A program made the position numbers and the translations under genes. From the IMG/VR virus record IMGVR_UViG_3300031616_000014, positions 1 to 42,079 of that record: DNA of 42,079 bases; one strand, given 5' to 3'. This DNA comes from a virus. Position 1 is the stretch's first letter, and each line of letters starts with the position of its first letter. The notes under the pieces were generated by a model that was not told the origin of the DNA, ran no database searches, and worked only from the letters and a program-made list of their open reading frames with translations. Shown here in pieces: positions 24,064-33,026 of the stretch.

Positions 24064-25007
24064 TACGCATCCCCCGGATAGTTCGCATCCTGAACGTTAT
24101 ACGGGCTGAGCAGATAGGGCTGGAACCGCTTACCCATGGTGAGTGTCGGCGCGCCACCGTCACGCGCGATGAGCTGCTGCACATAGTCGTTGTATTCGAT
24201 CTGCATCGAAGCAGCGGTCGGAATGCCCTTTGCCTGTAGAAAACGCCACTTTGTCCCGAGAATGATCGCCTGGGAGTCGAGGATCGGCGTATCAGTATCC
24301 AGTGTCATGGATGCTTGCAGAGGTCCGGAAACCGGACGCACCCAATTCAGCGAGAGATATTCCCATGCAATCTGGAACGGCGTATCAACGGTTTGAGGTG
24401 GTGGCCATAGACGGTACGTGCCTGCTGTTAAGGAGCCTACTTGACGGAAGTGTCTACGTGGTCCCGTCGTCACGATTCCTGAGCGGTGGTATTCGTCTAG
24501 TTGCGGAGAGTCCGGGCCAAGAAGTGCCCAGCGATTGGTTCTGTCCCACGCGGTCCCGTTCAGGAAGCGGTCAAAGTCAGCGTTCTCCGGATAGGTGTCC
24601 TTTGCAAACGTCAGAGCCGTCGCTGTAGCGGGCCCCGTCGCAACCATGTCCATTGTAACCTGCGTGGCGCTATCCACACTCAGCACGCGCGCTGCCACAG
24701 GGATCATGCTTCCAGACACAACGAAGGTTTCCGCCGTGATTGCCGCCGTTGACGGAATACCCGTGATGATGGGAGAGCCGAGAGAAACGGTTCCCGTCGT
24801 GACCAGTGGCGCCCCGACATTCAGCGTGAACAGGCTTTGCAGTACGGTCCAGTTATGGGTGCGCTTGAGGTTGTCGCCCTCGCGGTTGACCAGCGCATAA
24901 AGCTGCGCTGTTTGGAGATCGGTCGCGCCAACAACGGTCGAGGGCTGAACCAGACCTAGTTCAGCCGTAACCGCCTGGACGATTTCGATCAGCGAGAGCT
25001 GCGCCAC
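24063..25007 (-). CDS. Adaptor / tail tubular protein A-position structural protein (314 aa)
   Basis: GTG start. The N-terminus LSLIEIVQAVTAELGLVQPSTVVGATDLQTAQLYALVNREGDNL is typical of head-tail joining proteins in podoviruses. Assigned by position. Confidence 0.4.
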   Translation of the reverse strand: MAQLSLIEIVQAVTAELGLVQPSTVVGATDLQTAQLYALVNREGDNLKRTHNWTVLQSLFTLNVGAPLVTTGTVSLGSPIITGIPSTAAITAETFVVSGSMIPVAARVLSVDSATQVTMDMVATGPATATALTFAKDTYPENADFDRFLNGTAWDRTNRWALLGPDSPQLDEYHRSGIVTTGPRRHFRQVGSLTAGTYRLWPPPQTVDTPFQIAWEYLSLNWVRPVSGPLQASMTLDTDTPILDSQAIILGTKWRFLQAKGIPTAASMQIEYNDYVQQLIARDGGAPTLTMGKRFQPYLLSPYNVQDANYPGDA

Positions 25008-25376
25008 TTAGGCCCCCAGAACAGCAATCCATGCCGTTGAACTGATGCGATACCAAATCTGGACCGTCGTCGCGTTGCAGGTCTCGCCAGCATCGGTCGA
25101 ACCGCTATTCACGGTGCCGCCTGTGTGGGGATAGACCTTGCCGTTTCCGGCAGCGGTATTAGCGACTACGATCGGAGAAAGCAGCGGAACAGACGAACTC
25201 ATGCGGATGCCATCCGAGCCGGATGCCGTCATGACAAAAACGGTATTTTGCCCATCGCATGCGGTGGCATTGGCCGAAGTCGTGCCGGCTGCGGTAATGG
25301 CGACATTAGCGTCACCAAGCGCTATCGCTTGCGGCCACGAAAATCCGAGGCCCATCATGTCTGCCATTTTGGTCAT
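25008..25376 (-). CDS. Small virion-module protein (122 aa)
   Basis: Track ORF packed in the structural operon. Rich in A, T, S and G. Confidence 0.45.
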   Translation of the reverse strand: MTKMADMMGLGFSWPQAIALGDANVAITAAGTTSANATACDGQNTVFVMTASGSDGIRMSSSVPLLSPIVVANTAAGNGKVYPHTGGTVNSGSTDAGETCNATTVQIWYRISSTAWIAVLGA

Positions 25377-26168
25377 TTAGCTCTCCTTCGGTTTGTTGGG
25401 TATTCCGGGCGGACGGCCACGGCGTTTGGCAGGCTCAACGGAGCCGGACAAGTCCTGAACGAATTGAGCGGGGGCCTGAAGATGCGCTTGGCTGTCATCC
25501 GCGCTCGCGTGAACGCGGTTGATCTGCGTTTCCTGGAAGTCATAGGTCTGTGGGTTGGGCGGTGCGGACTGCTTCTGATGCACCAGCGTGGCTAGTTCCT
25601 GCATCTGACGGGTCAGCGTCGCAATCTGCTGATCCTTCTGCGCAAGCGCGGTCTCGAACTTATGGTGATCGACGCCCTTCTCGGCGCGATCGAGGTATTT
25701 CTTGGCCGCGTTCACCCAATCCTGAGCGCCCATGCCAATGGTTGAGATGCCATGCGCCGACAGATGCGCGAGCTGTTCAACGGTGTGGATGTTGTAGCCG
25801 CGAAGCGTCGTCTCGACTTCCGGCTTGGTCGGAAACAGCAGGTTGATCGGGATGCCGTCCGGTATCTGGTTGACGCCCTGCAGATACTGCGCCCATTTGT
25901 TCGGCCAGCGCGCTTTATCGCTATCGTTGACTTCGCGATCGACCACATTCAGACTTTCGCCCGGATGCTGGATCTTCACGAAGTCGCGGCTTTCATGCAC
26001 GGGAACGCCCTGCACGGCCGACTTGGCCCTATTGAGAATGGACTTTTTGTAGAAGCCAACCATCAACTGCGTATCATCGGCGCCGGAATTGGCCATGCCC
26101 CAGCCCTGCCGGTTGACGGCAGCTTCGTCGTACTTGATAGGCGCGAAAGGCGTATAGGAATCACTCAT
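25377..26168 (-). CDS. Virion-module protein (263 aa), function unknown
   Basis: ATGA coupling to the upstream gene. It has a coiled-coil segment (ALAQKDQQIATLTRQMQELATLVHQKQ) and a basic tail (KRRGRPPGIPNKPK). Confidence 0.5.
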   Translation of the reverse strand: MSDSYTPFAPIKYDEAAVNRQGWGMANSGADDTQLMVGFYKKSILNRAKSAVQGVPVHESRDFVKIQHPGESLNVVDREVNDSDKARWPNKWAQYLQGVNQIPDGIPINLLFPTKPEVETTLRGYNIHTVEQLAHLSAHGISTIGMGAQDWVNAAKKYLDRAEKGVDHHKFETALAQKDQQIATLTRQMQELATLVHQKQSAPPNPQTYDFQETQINRVHASADDSQAHLQAPAQFVQDLSGSVEPAKRRGRPPGIPNKPKES

Positions 26169-26980
26169 GCTGCTTTCTCCCGGTTAATCAGTGCGTCCAC
26201 TTTGGCCCTCATGTCTTTCCAGACATCGGCAAACAGGCTGTCTCCGTGCACTGTGACGGAGAACAAGTGGCCGTAGTTCGTGCAGAGCCTCTGAAGGTCC
26301 TGCGCTTGTGCGATCAGCGGAAGCGTCGTCTTGAACACGCGACCATTGAATTCCGTGTCGTAAATTTCGTTTGTGTCGGTATCGTCCGGATAGGCGAATT
26401 TCTCCTCCTCAAAGGACGAATCCACCCCGAAGAAATGAAGGCCCGTATATCCAAGCACCATGCCGAGCGCGATCGAGCGAAGGGCTGCTGTACATCCTCC
26501 GGGGATCTGGCCACGGCCCTCGAATATCTCGTTCGGATAGTCCCCGGCCACGTGCCACATGACGATGCGCTGGCCCGATAGCTGGGTGAATAGCGTCGGA
26601 TGACACTGCGTCGCCAACAGATAGGTGCAGCCTGCCTGTGGATTGGTGAACCACTGGGGCGACGGCATCGCATCGCAAAACACGGTGTAGTTTGGAGCTA
26701 TACCCTGAGAAATCACATGATCATGGGCGCTCGAGCAAACGAGAACGTCGCCCTTGAAGGCGCGAAGATCATCAATCGTGTGCTTGAGCGAAGGTCCACC
26801 CCCAACGATGGCGAGCGGCCGCGACTTCTTCAGATGCTTTATTTCGGTCAGGAACGGATAACTTAGCTTCGAATTGGCAACAATGTTCCCTACCAAACTC
26901 TCCTGAAAGTTTGGCCAGACCGAAACAACCGCAGGTTCCCAGACCGGGGAGGTGCCCCCGGTCTGAGTTTCTTCGAGCAT
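26165..26980 (-). CDS. DUF115 / MptE-like (Maf-type) putative glycosyltransferase
   Basis: The true start is ATG 26980 (MLEETQTGG...), sharing one nt with the upstream TAA; the 105-aa upstream extension of the track ORF overlaps the decoration gene and looks non-protein-like. RPLAIVGGGPSLKHTIDDLRAFKGDVLVCSSAHDHVISQGIAPNYTVFCDA matches the PF01973 core pattern (ivG.GPSL...L......v....sa...L...gi.Pdy.v..D). Confidence 0.6.
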   Translation of the reverse strand: MLEETQTGGTSPVWEPAVVSVWPNFQESLVGNIVANSKLSYPFLTEIKHLKKSRPLAIVGGGPSLKHTIDDLRAFKGDVLVCSSAHDHVISQGIAPNYTVFCDAMPSPQWFTNPQAGCTYLLATQCHPTLFTQLSGQRIVMWHVAGDYPNEIFEGRGQIPGGCTAALRSIALGMVLGYTGLHFFGVDSSFEEEKFAYPDDTDTNEIYDTEFNGRVFKTTLPLIAQAQDLQRLCTNYGHLFSVTVHGDSLFADVWKDMRAKVDALINREKAA

Positions 26981-27546
26981 TACTGCGTGACCCCGACGAC
27001 CGGGAAGTTCAGCATTGCCTGCGCGGTGGCAGTAGTTGCTGCCGTGGTGAGAACCACGCCGGCCATGATCGAGGTCGTGCTGGCAACCGACGCGGAGGAT
27101 AGCTTGCCCGCCGTGGTCGTGGTGTAGAGCAGGACATTCTTCGTGGTCGAGGCAATGATATTGATGCCCGCACACTTTCCGGCCCGCTGGAACCATGCGT
27201 ATTGGCCGCTGGTAACGGCCGTGAACGGCTGAGCACCCAACCAAGCACCGAGCTTGGACGCAGCCAGCGTGTTCGTAACGGAGTCGGCCGTCCACAAGGC
27301 CCCGGTGTTGGTGAGGATAACAACGTCACCAAGGGTGATGTTGCTCCCAGCCAGCGCGTAGACCCATTCCGAGCCGTCCGCACCCTTGGATACCTGCCCC
27401 AGGGAATACTGACCAGTCGGGCTCGGGTAGTCCGGGTTATTGGTCGAGGAGACCGCCGAGGACTGCGCGTAACCAGTGTAAGTTGCCGTGTAGTCAGCAC
27501 CCTCAAGTCCGATGGTGCTGAAGCCTGCAATATTCGGATTAGCCAT
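26980..27546 (-). CDS. Head decoration / cement protein candidate, Ser/Thr-rich (188 aa)
   Basis: Immediately follows the major capsid gene. GDVVILTNTGALWTAD...GQYAWFQRAGKCAGINI resembles decoration-protein beta-sandwich motifs. By my count 47 of 188 residues are Ser or Thr, with tracts such as YTTTTAGKLSSASVASTTS and LTTAATTATA. Confidence 0.5.
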   Translation of the reverse strand: MANPNIAGFSTIGLEGADYTATYTGYAQSSAVSSTNNPDYPSPTGQYSLGQVSKGADGSEWVYALAGSNITLGDVVILTNTGALWTADSVTNTLAASKLGAWLGAQPFTAVTSGQYAWFQRAGKCAGINIIASTTKNVLLYTTTTAGKLSSASVASTTSIMAGVVLTTAATTATAQAMLNFPVVGVTQ

Positions 27547-27555
27547 GTTCAGACC

Positions 27556-28590
27556 TCACGTGTTGTAAAGGACGCCCTGAAGGAAGGCGTTGGAAAGGGT
27601 CATGTTGCCGGCCCAGCCGATCAGCTTCACCATCGCGTCCTGGTTGACGGAGAAGCGGTCCGGATCAAGCGGAACCATGTTGCGACGGGAATGCGGGCGC
27701 CAATGGATGTACTTGGTATTGAGCATGTACATCGTATTGGCCGGCGCACCGCCGACAGCGGAGGTACCACCAGAGGTCTGGTAGGGCAGCGGATCGGCTG
27801 CGTAGCCCTGGAAGCCACCGTCCAGCACGACATCAGCCGTGTTGTACTTGAGCGACTGGAAGCCCAGCGTTCCATGCTCACCGGCGCCGTTCTCGGACGC
27901 GATGCGCTGGATCGCCTGAAGCGACTGCCAGTAGAACTTGTACATGTTGTTGTCCGCCACGATCAGATCCGGGGAGTCACGACCACGAACCTGAAGCAGC
28001 CACAGCGAATCCATGTAGTTCTGGATGTTCGCAGCGGTCGCCGCCGCACCGCCGTTGGTGACAGCGCCATAAGCCTGGTTCTGCCAGAACGTCCATGTCG
28101 CACGATCGATGCCGCCGACGATGCCCGAACCGGGCGAGGACGAGACGAGCAACTGAACCCCGTTCACGGAGCCGGTCACGGTGCCGTCGCCATAGACGCC
28201 CTGCGACATGCCGTTCATGAACGTATCTTCGGCGTTCTCAATCCGGCTTTCGAGCAGGTCGATGATCGCCTCTTCGCCCGAGTTCTGGAGTTCTTCCAGG
28301 CCCGAGATCGAAACCGCGACCGCCGACTGGCGGATTGGAAATTCCGCAGCCGAGAAGGTCTGCGACGGCGCGATGTTCAGGGTCTGATAGCCCGAATACC
28401 ACTGGAACGTCTGGTTGTTGGCGTAGTTGAGTTCCTGGACGATGGTACGGCCACCGCTGAAGGTCTTCATCCGGCCGCGCTTGGAAAGACGAGCCAACAG
28501 CGCATTGTTGCGGCTCATGTTGTCTGCGAGCTGACCCGTGCGATTCCGTAGGGTCGTGGTCACGATTTCAGAAAGATTCGGAAAGGCCAT
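27556..28590 (-). CDS. Major capsid protein (HK97-fold family)
   Basis: 344 aa, directly after the scaffold gene. N-terminal LRNRTGQLADNMSRNNALLARLSKRGRMKTFSGGRTIVQELNYANNQTFQWYSGYQTL fits the conserved opening of a podovirus/BPP-1/epsilon15-type coat family as I recall it. Confidence 0.8.
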   Translation of the reverse strand: MAFPNLSEIVTTTLRNRTGQLADNMSRNNALLARLSKRGRMKTFSGGRTIVQELNYANNQTFQWYSGYQTLNIAPSQTFSAAEFPIRQSAVAVSISGLEELQNSGEEAIIDLLESRIENAEDTFMNGMSQGVYGDGTVTGSVNGVQLLVSSSPGSGIVGGIDRATWTFWQNQAYGAVTNGGAAATAANIQNYMDSLWLLQVRGRDSPDLIVADNNMYKFYWQSLQAIQRIASENGAGEHGTLGFQSLKYNTADVVLDGGFQGYAADPLPYQTSGGTSAVGGAPANTMYMLNTKYIHWRPHSRRNMVPLDPDRFSVNQDAMVKLIGWAGNMTLSNAFLQGVLYNT

Positions 28591-28606
28591 TGCCTACCCC
28601 TTTGGG

Positions 28607-29719
28607 TTAGGCCCGGTTCCTCTCCTGCACCTCGTTCATAGCGGCAAGGATTGATCCTCGTACACCAGCAGCGCTCTTGTCAGCTCCATTCGCCGGAACG
28701 CCTTGACGCGCTCGGGGAGCCGGGGAGACGGCAGCGAGACGGGCTTTCGCAGCCGCCTCTTTCTGTGTTTTTTCGAACTCGGCCTTGCGCTTTTCTTCCT
28801 GCTCTCGCTGGCTCGCCTCGAAAAGCTCGTCATTCATCCGGAGCGCCTTTTGATAGGCAGCTTCCAGATCGTTCTGAGCGACCACGCCAGCCTGCATGAG
28901 TTGCCCCATGGAGACGCGCAGTTTTTCGAAGTGCGGATGGTCTTTCGCGAAAGAGGAAATTTCAGAAGCCACACGGTTCTGTTCCGCCAACTGTTGAGCG
29001 TTGACGAATCCGGTGACGGTCTGCCTAAGCTGGCCTACTTCGTCTAAAACAGGTTTTAGGTGGTCCGGGATCGCCTCGCCGCCATCTGAGGGCGCGGGAG
29101 ATTGTCGGGCGAATTGTGAAAGGTCAACGCCATAGGTGTGGGCAAGATTGTGGAATGCCTGCAGCTGCGTCTGAGGATTGGCGAAACTGGCTTCCCACTG
29201 GAAAAGGCGGCTGATGGCCTCTGCGTCATTCTGCACCCCGAATTGCTGAAATCGGGAGCGGCTTGGCGCTAACACTTGCTCTATGGCTTCATACTGCTTG
29301 GTCTTTTCCGAATAGCTCTTGAAGCCATTCGATACTTCTTCTTCCCGCTTGGCGACATCCTGTCTGATGGGATGATCGGGCGGAAGAGAATTGAAAAATT
29401 CCTTGGACTGTTGCGACCAGCCCGGCGGTGGCCCCACAGGTTTTGACGCCTGCGGGGCTTGCTCTGCCGGAGCGGTCGCGTCCCTGTCCACTGGGACTTC
29501 TTTGGCCGCAGCGGGAGATTCCGCGCTGACCTGTTTCGCCTTGAATTTGCCAGTCTCATCGCGCTCGCGGTCGCCGACTTCCTTCACAGCGCTGTTGAGC
29601 GCCTCGCGAATGGATAGCGGCTTGTCCGGTGTCGAGGTATCGCGGCCAATGTCACCCCCAGACGATTGAGCAATATCCGCGCTCTCGGCTGCATGGGTGT
29701 CGGCAAGTTCGTCAGCCAT
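28607..29719 (-). CDS. Scaffolding protein
   Basis: 370 aa, acidic and helical, Ala/Glu/Gln-rich. Located immediately upstream of the capsid gene, behind an AT-rich intergenic region. Confidence 0.65.
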   Translation of the reverse strand: MADELADTHAAESADIAQSSGGDIGRDTSTPDKPLSIREALNSAVKEVGDRERDETGKFKAKQVSAESPAAAKEVPVDRDATAPAEQAPQASKPVGPPPGWSQQSKEFFNSLPPDHPIRQDVAKREEEVSNGFKSYSEKTKQYEAIEQVLAPSRSRFQQFGVQNDAEAISRLFQWEASFANPQTQLQAFHNLAHTYGVDLSQFARQSPAPSDGGEAIPDHLKPVLDEVGQLRQTVTGFVNAQQLAEQNRVASEISSFAKDHPHFEKLRVSMGQLMQAGVVAQNDLEAAYQKALRMNDELFEASQREQEEKRKAEFEKTQKEAAAKARLAAVSPAPRARQGVPANGADKSAAGVRGSILAAMNEVQERNRA

Positions 29720-29873
29720 ATTCTATCCCGATAAGAATAAATCGGAACATAAGGCTGATTTGGCTGGCGATTAAAGATTAGTTTGAGAATTACAGAGTTT
29801 TACACACTATCGAATACTTGGAACGATTGATTGAACCGCGAATTGTTCGTGCTCACACAACGGAGATTTGCTC

Positions 29874-30077
29874 ATGACCGCAGCTACCGCAGTGAAAGAC
29901 AAACCAGAATCCAAGGATCGCCCCGGCAGCGCCAATGAAGCGCTCGCAGCCGTTAACGAGAACCACACGTGGGTCAAGGAGCCAGAAGATCTGACCACAA
30001 GCCCCGGCCTTCAGCGCGCCGTTCAGGAAAACCGTGACGCTATTCAGGCGCTAGCTGACTACATCGACAAGAAGTGA
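29874..30077 (+). CDS. Small hydrophilic protein on the opposite strand within the late region
   Basis: ATG 29874 lies 9 nt after GGAG (29861-29864). 67 aa. Divergent from the scaffold gene and convergent (2-nt gap) with 30080-30382. Confidence 0.4.
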   Translation: MTAATAVKDKPESKDRPGSANEALAAVNENHTWVKEPEDLTTSPGLQRAVQENRDAIQALADYIDKK

Positions 30078-30079
30078 GG

Positions 30080-30382
30080 TCATCGGTTCTTTAGTTCGTA
30101 AATCGTCCGCTTGATATCCTCAACCCGCTGGCGCTTATCCAGCTTGATCGGCTCGCGCGGCCTGATCGGCTCGTTACCAAGCTCTACCATGCCTGCAGCT
30201 CTGGTTTCAGCCGAAAAGGCCCGCTTGCTGTCGATCACCTTCCCCGTGCCGTGGTGCTTCAAGGGCGCCATGGTGTCGGAGATGACGGCCACCGACCATG
30301 GCTTGGTGTCGTGAACGAGGTGGCGCTCTACCATGCCGTTTTCGTTAGCGTTCGGGTGGTTGGGGCGATAGATCCAGCTCAT
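30080..30382 (-). CDS. Hypothetical protein
   Basis: 100-aa track ORF. One-nt TAATG coupling to the upstream ORF. Confidence 0.55.
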   Translation of the reverse strand: MSWIYRPNHPNANENGMVERHLVHDTKPWSVAVISDTMAPLKHHGTGKVIDSKRAFSAETRAAGMVELGNEPIRPREPIKLDKRQRVEDIKRTIYELKNR

Positions 30383-30567
30383 TAGCGCTTTCTCGTTTTT
30401 TCAGCGGCTATGTCGTATAATTCTGTTTCAGTCATTTTCCGATTTAGAACTTGTTCGCCAAGCCTTATTGCTGACCAGCCATAGGCAAGGGTGAGTTCTT
30501 GCATCCCCCGCTCCAATGCATCTCGGCGCAATGCCTTTATCGCTTCATAGACATTCTTCTCGCTCAT
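30382..30567 (-). CDS. Hypothetical 61-aa protein
   Basis: ATG 30567 (MSEKNVYEAIK...) overlaps the terL stop (ATGA). Confidence 0.5.
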   Translation of the reverse strand: MSEKNVYEAIKALRRDALERGMQELTLAYGWSAIRLGEQVLNRKMTETELYDIAAEKTRKR

Positions 30568-32069
30568 ATCCTCGCCCTCCTCTGCGGCGCCTGCTTCTCC
30601 CACAGATCGTCCAATGAAACCTCGTTGTGCGGACCAACGCCCAGGATTTTCCCAGGCGTATGCTTCACCACGTCCTTGATGTACGGACGGCTCATGCAGG
30701 CGTAGCGGACCTCATCAGGCGCGTGGTCCTCGTTCTCGGTGTCTACGTCCTCCGGCTTGTTCTGGTCATGCTGGAGCGCCGGCAGCGTTCTTATGGTGTC
30801 TCGGCAGGTGGAGAAGAAATAGATTCCAGGCCGTTCCCCATCACCCAGGAGACGCGCTCGTACCTGATCCCATCCACCAAGAGCGCCTCGGGCGGAAACT
30901 CGGGCGTTGTCGGCACGACGGAAGAATACCTTCCGGGTTGCCATTCGCTCACCGATAGACGGACCGCCGTCACTCGCAAAGGCAGCGGGGTCGAGTACCC
31001 CATAGGAAATAGGACTTTGACCATCTAACCCTCTTGGCTCATCTGTCTCTCTCGCTATGATGCCGTCTGCTACGTCTTCGGCGGGTAGTTTGATGCCCAC
31101 ATTGGGAGCCGACGCCCCATACCATTCCCGGTAACGGACGAGAGCACCTCTAGGTAGGCTTCGTAAGCCACCTTGTTGACCCAGATGAAAGTCGTCTCCG
31201 ACAACTGCCCACCATCCGATACTAAAGGGACGAGCACTCCCCCAATCGCCCGATCGGAAGCGGAGCCAAGTTGCTGGAATTTGAAACGGCGCGATGACAT
31301 GCTTAGCCTCCGAGAATTCAGGGAAGAACGCCCCCTCGATCACTGACCAATCGCCCTCAAGCCACGCGCGAACAAGCTGAGCATTGCCTACCATCTGCAG
31401 GTTCGCAACGTATTCCGAGCCGAGGTAACGGTTATCTTGCAGCTTGGATGGGATATAGATGCGGTCGCGCTTTACCTGCTGTTTGGTCCATGGGTTTTCG
31501 TAGGTCTCGCTGATCGTTTTCCAGCCCAGAGGAGCCGGGTCGATATAACGGGCGCGAACCCATTGATGCCCCGGCCCGCCAGGGTTGCCGGTAGCCCTAA
31601 AACCACAAGGTATTCCATGCCCTGACCGAAGCGTTGCCATGAGCTTAAAAATAGGGCTTGGAGATGGAAAGGTTCCAATCTCCTCAATATAGACACGCGT
31701 ATGAGAACGCCCCTGATATGCATCCGCATCCGAGTCGCGATCCAAGTATGCGAACTGGAATCGCGAACCATTCGGGAATCGCCACAGCTTCTCTTGCTCA
31801 TGAAACACCGCTCCCAACGGTTTGAATAGTTGCCGGCTGCGTTCGATCGTGTCCACCAACTGCGTCCGCTCGCGCCGGAACATGATCGCGTTGCAGTGCT
31901 CGCCATATTGATCCTGATGGCTTACGAACTCGCCCAGCATTCCGTCGGTCTTGCCGCCGCCTCTCGCACCACCAAAGAAGATTTCGAAGATCGGACAAGC
32001 CAACAAAGCTTCCTGGGGGCCCGGTTGAGGCCCCCAGATCACGGTGTATTCGGTAGACGCTCTAACCAC
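30564..32069 (-). CDS. terL: Terminase large subunit
   Basis: Walker A FGGARGGGKTDG. Also FRRERTQL, YIEEIGTF (Walker B-like) and GNPGGPGHQWVRARYI, followed by a C-terminal nuclease region (DWGSARPFSIGWW...). 501 aa. Confidence 0.9.
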   Translation of the reverse strand: MVRASTEYTVIWGPQPGPQEALLACPIFEIFFGGARGGGKTDGMLGEFVSHQDQYGEHCNAIMFRRERTQLVDTIERSRQLFKPLGAVFHEQEKLWRFPNGSRFQFAYLDRDSDADAYQGRSHTRVYIEEIGTFPSPSPIFKLMATLRSGHGIPCGFRATGNPGGPGHQWVRARYIDPAPLGWKTISETYENPWTKQQVKRDRIYIPSKLQDNRYLGSEYVANLQMVGNAQLVRAWLEGDWSVIEGAFFPEFSEAKHVIAPFQIPATWLRFRSGDWGSARPFSIGWWAVVGDDFHLGQQGGLRSLPRGALVRYREWYGASAPNVGIKLPAEDVADGIIARETDEPRGLDGQSPISYGVLDPAAFASDGGPSIGERMATRKVFFRRADNARVSARGALGGWDQVRARLLGDGERPGIYFFSTCRDTIRTLPALQHDQNKPEDVDTENEDHAPDEVRYACMSRPYIKDVVKHTPGKILGVGPHNEVSLDDLWEKQAPQRRARI

Positions 32070-32072
32070 GCG

Positions 32073-32399
32073 TCAGGCCGGGATCTTCGCAATGATGGCC
32101 TCTACGGCCGCCGCTGCTTGATCCACGGACGGTTGGTCGTCAGCCGGCGGCGTGCTGGCTTTCGCGACCAGCACATCCACTTTGTTCGAGAGGTCCGCAA
32201 TATCGTTCATCAGCTTGGTATAGTCGGCCATGGCTCTTATCTCCTGATGGCGTTCGAGGAATTTCAATAGGTGGTGCATCACGCCTGTTACGCTATCAAT
32301 TGCTCCGTTCTGATCCGGAGGGTGGTTCACTAGGTAGGGGTTGGGCAAAGCATGATGACGGCCCTCAGCGGCATCGCGCAGTATGTCGTTCATGCTCAT
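32073..32399 (-). CDS. Hypothetical protein
   Basis: 108-aa track ORF between the putative terS and terL. Confidence 0.5.
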   Translation of the reverse strand: MSMNDILRDAAEGRHHALPNPYLVNHPPDQNGAIDSVTGVMHHLLKFLERHQEIRAMADYTKLMNDIADLSNKVDVLVAKASTPPADDQPSVDQAAAAVEAIIAKIPA

Positions 32400-32554
32400 G
32401 ATCGGCGCTCCTCATGCACAATCCCAAACCCGTGCACGGTAAACTTCCAGCCGTCCGCAGGTTGCCAGTTGCCGGCCACATACTCCCAGAGCATCGTCAT
32501 GGTCCAGTCGTCGGATTTCACCCAAATGATCGAAACCGGTTGGAGCCGCGTCAT
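32396..32554 (-). CDS. Hypothetical 52-aa Trp-rich protein
   Basis: Hand-translated: MTRLQPVSIIWVKSDDWTMTMLWEYVAGNWQPADGWKFTVHGFGIVHEERRS. Abuts the upstream stop, and its own stop overlaps the next ATG (ATGA). Confidence 0.4.
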   Translation of the reverse strand: MTRLQPVSIIWVKSDDWTMTMLWEYVAGNWQPADGWKFTVHGFGIVHEERRS

Positions 32555-32869
32555 CTAGTGCTCCGTCCTGTGCTGCTCGGGGACGTGCCGAGAAGTCCAG
32601 TCCTCGGTGGTAGCAACGACCGCCGGAGCACGAATAACCTTAGTCGTTGAAATCTCTCCGGAAATCTCAACTGACGACAAGTCGGGAAGCTTCTTCTTCA
32701 GGAGGGCCAAAGCTACGTTGACTTGCACAGCATCAAGCTTCACGGGCTGCTTGGTCACAGGGTCATTTGTGCCGAAGAAGAATGCCTGCAGCCGATTGAC
32801 GATGTTCGCGACTTGGATCTTGTCGCGGGTGTTTTCGTCATGACGGATTTTGTTAACGCGGGCGGGCAT
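32555..32869 (-). CDS. Terminase small subunit candidate
   Basis: ATG 32869 lies after AAGGA. KIRHDENTRDKIQVANIVNRLQ...LDAVQVNVALALLKKKLPDLSSVEISGE resembles small-terminase N-terminal DNA-binding and oligomerisation segments. Lies upstream of terL. Confidence 0.5.
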   Translation of the reverse strand: MPARVNKIRHDENTRDKIQVANIVNRLQAFFFGTNDPVTKQPVKLDAVQVNVALALLKKKLPDLSSVEISGEISTTKVIRAPAVVATTEDWTSRHVPEQHRTEH

Positions 32870-33026
32870 CTTCAATTTCCTTGGATTGCTTCAGGCGCTC
32901 TTCCCCAGACAGGCAAAGCTGCTGGTATTCAATCAGCGCAATGATATCCTGCCAGTCTAACGGCCAGATGCCGGGCTTCTGCCTGATCTTCTCGAAAACC
33001 GCAGCGGCGTTTCGAACTCGGCCCAT
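32853..33026 (-). CDS. Hypothetical 57-aa protein
   Basis: Hand-translated: MGRVRNAAAVFEKIRQKPGIWPLDWQDIIALIEYQQLCLSGEERLKQSKEIEDARPR. TGATG coupling upstream. Confidence 0.4.
   Translation of the reverse strand: MGRVRNAAAVFEKIRQKPGIWPLDWQDIIALIEYQQLCLSGEERLKQSKEIEDARPR

Noticed and set aside
26981-27295. 105-aa N-terminal extension of the DUF115-like ORF, overlapping the decoration gene.
   Set aside because: The extension (MDGRLRYEHAGCVQARCLVG...) is His/Cys/Arg-rich and non-protein-like. ATG 26980 gives canonical TAATG coupling, and the recognisable domain starts after it.
27009-27530. 173-aa same-strand alternative-frame ORF inside the decoration gene.
   Set aside because: It is an Arg/Pro/Ser-rich translation, typical of an off-frame reading of GC-rich coding DNA. 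It has no independent start context.
27202-28551. 449-aa plus-strand ORF antisense to the major capsid and decoration genes. Similar long antisense ORFs occur at 2560-3312, 22789-23508, 25752-26276, 13115-13639 and 39167-39739.
   Set aside because: The plus ORF is exactly codon-aligned with the minus-strand capsid gene. Stops in it would therefore require the sense codons TTA, CTA or TCA, which are rare in GC-rich genes. The translations are Arg/Gly/Val-rich with no motifs, so these are shadow ORFs.
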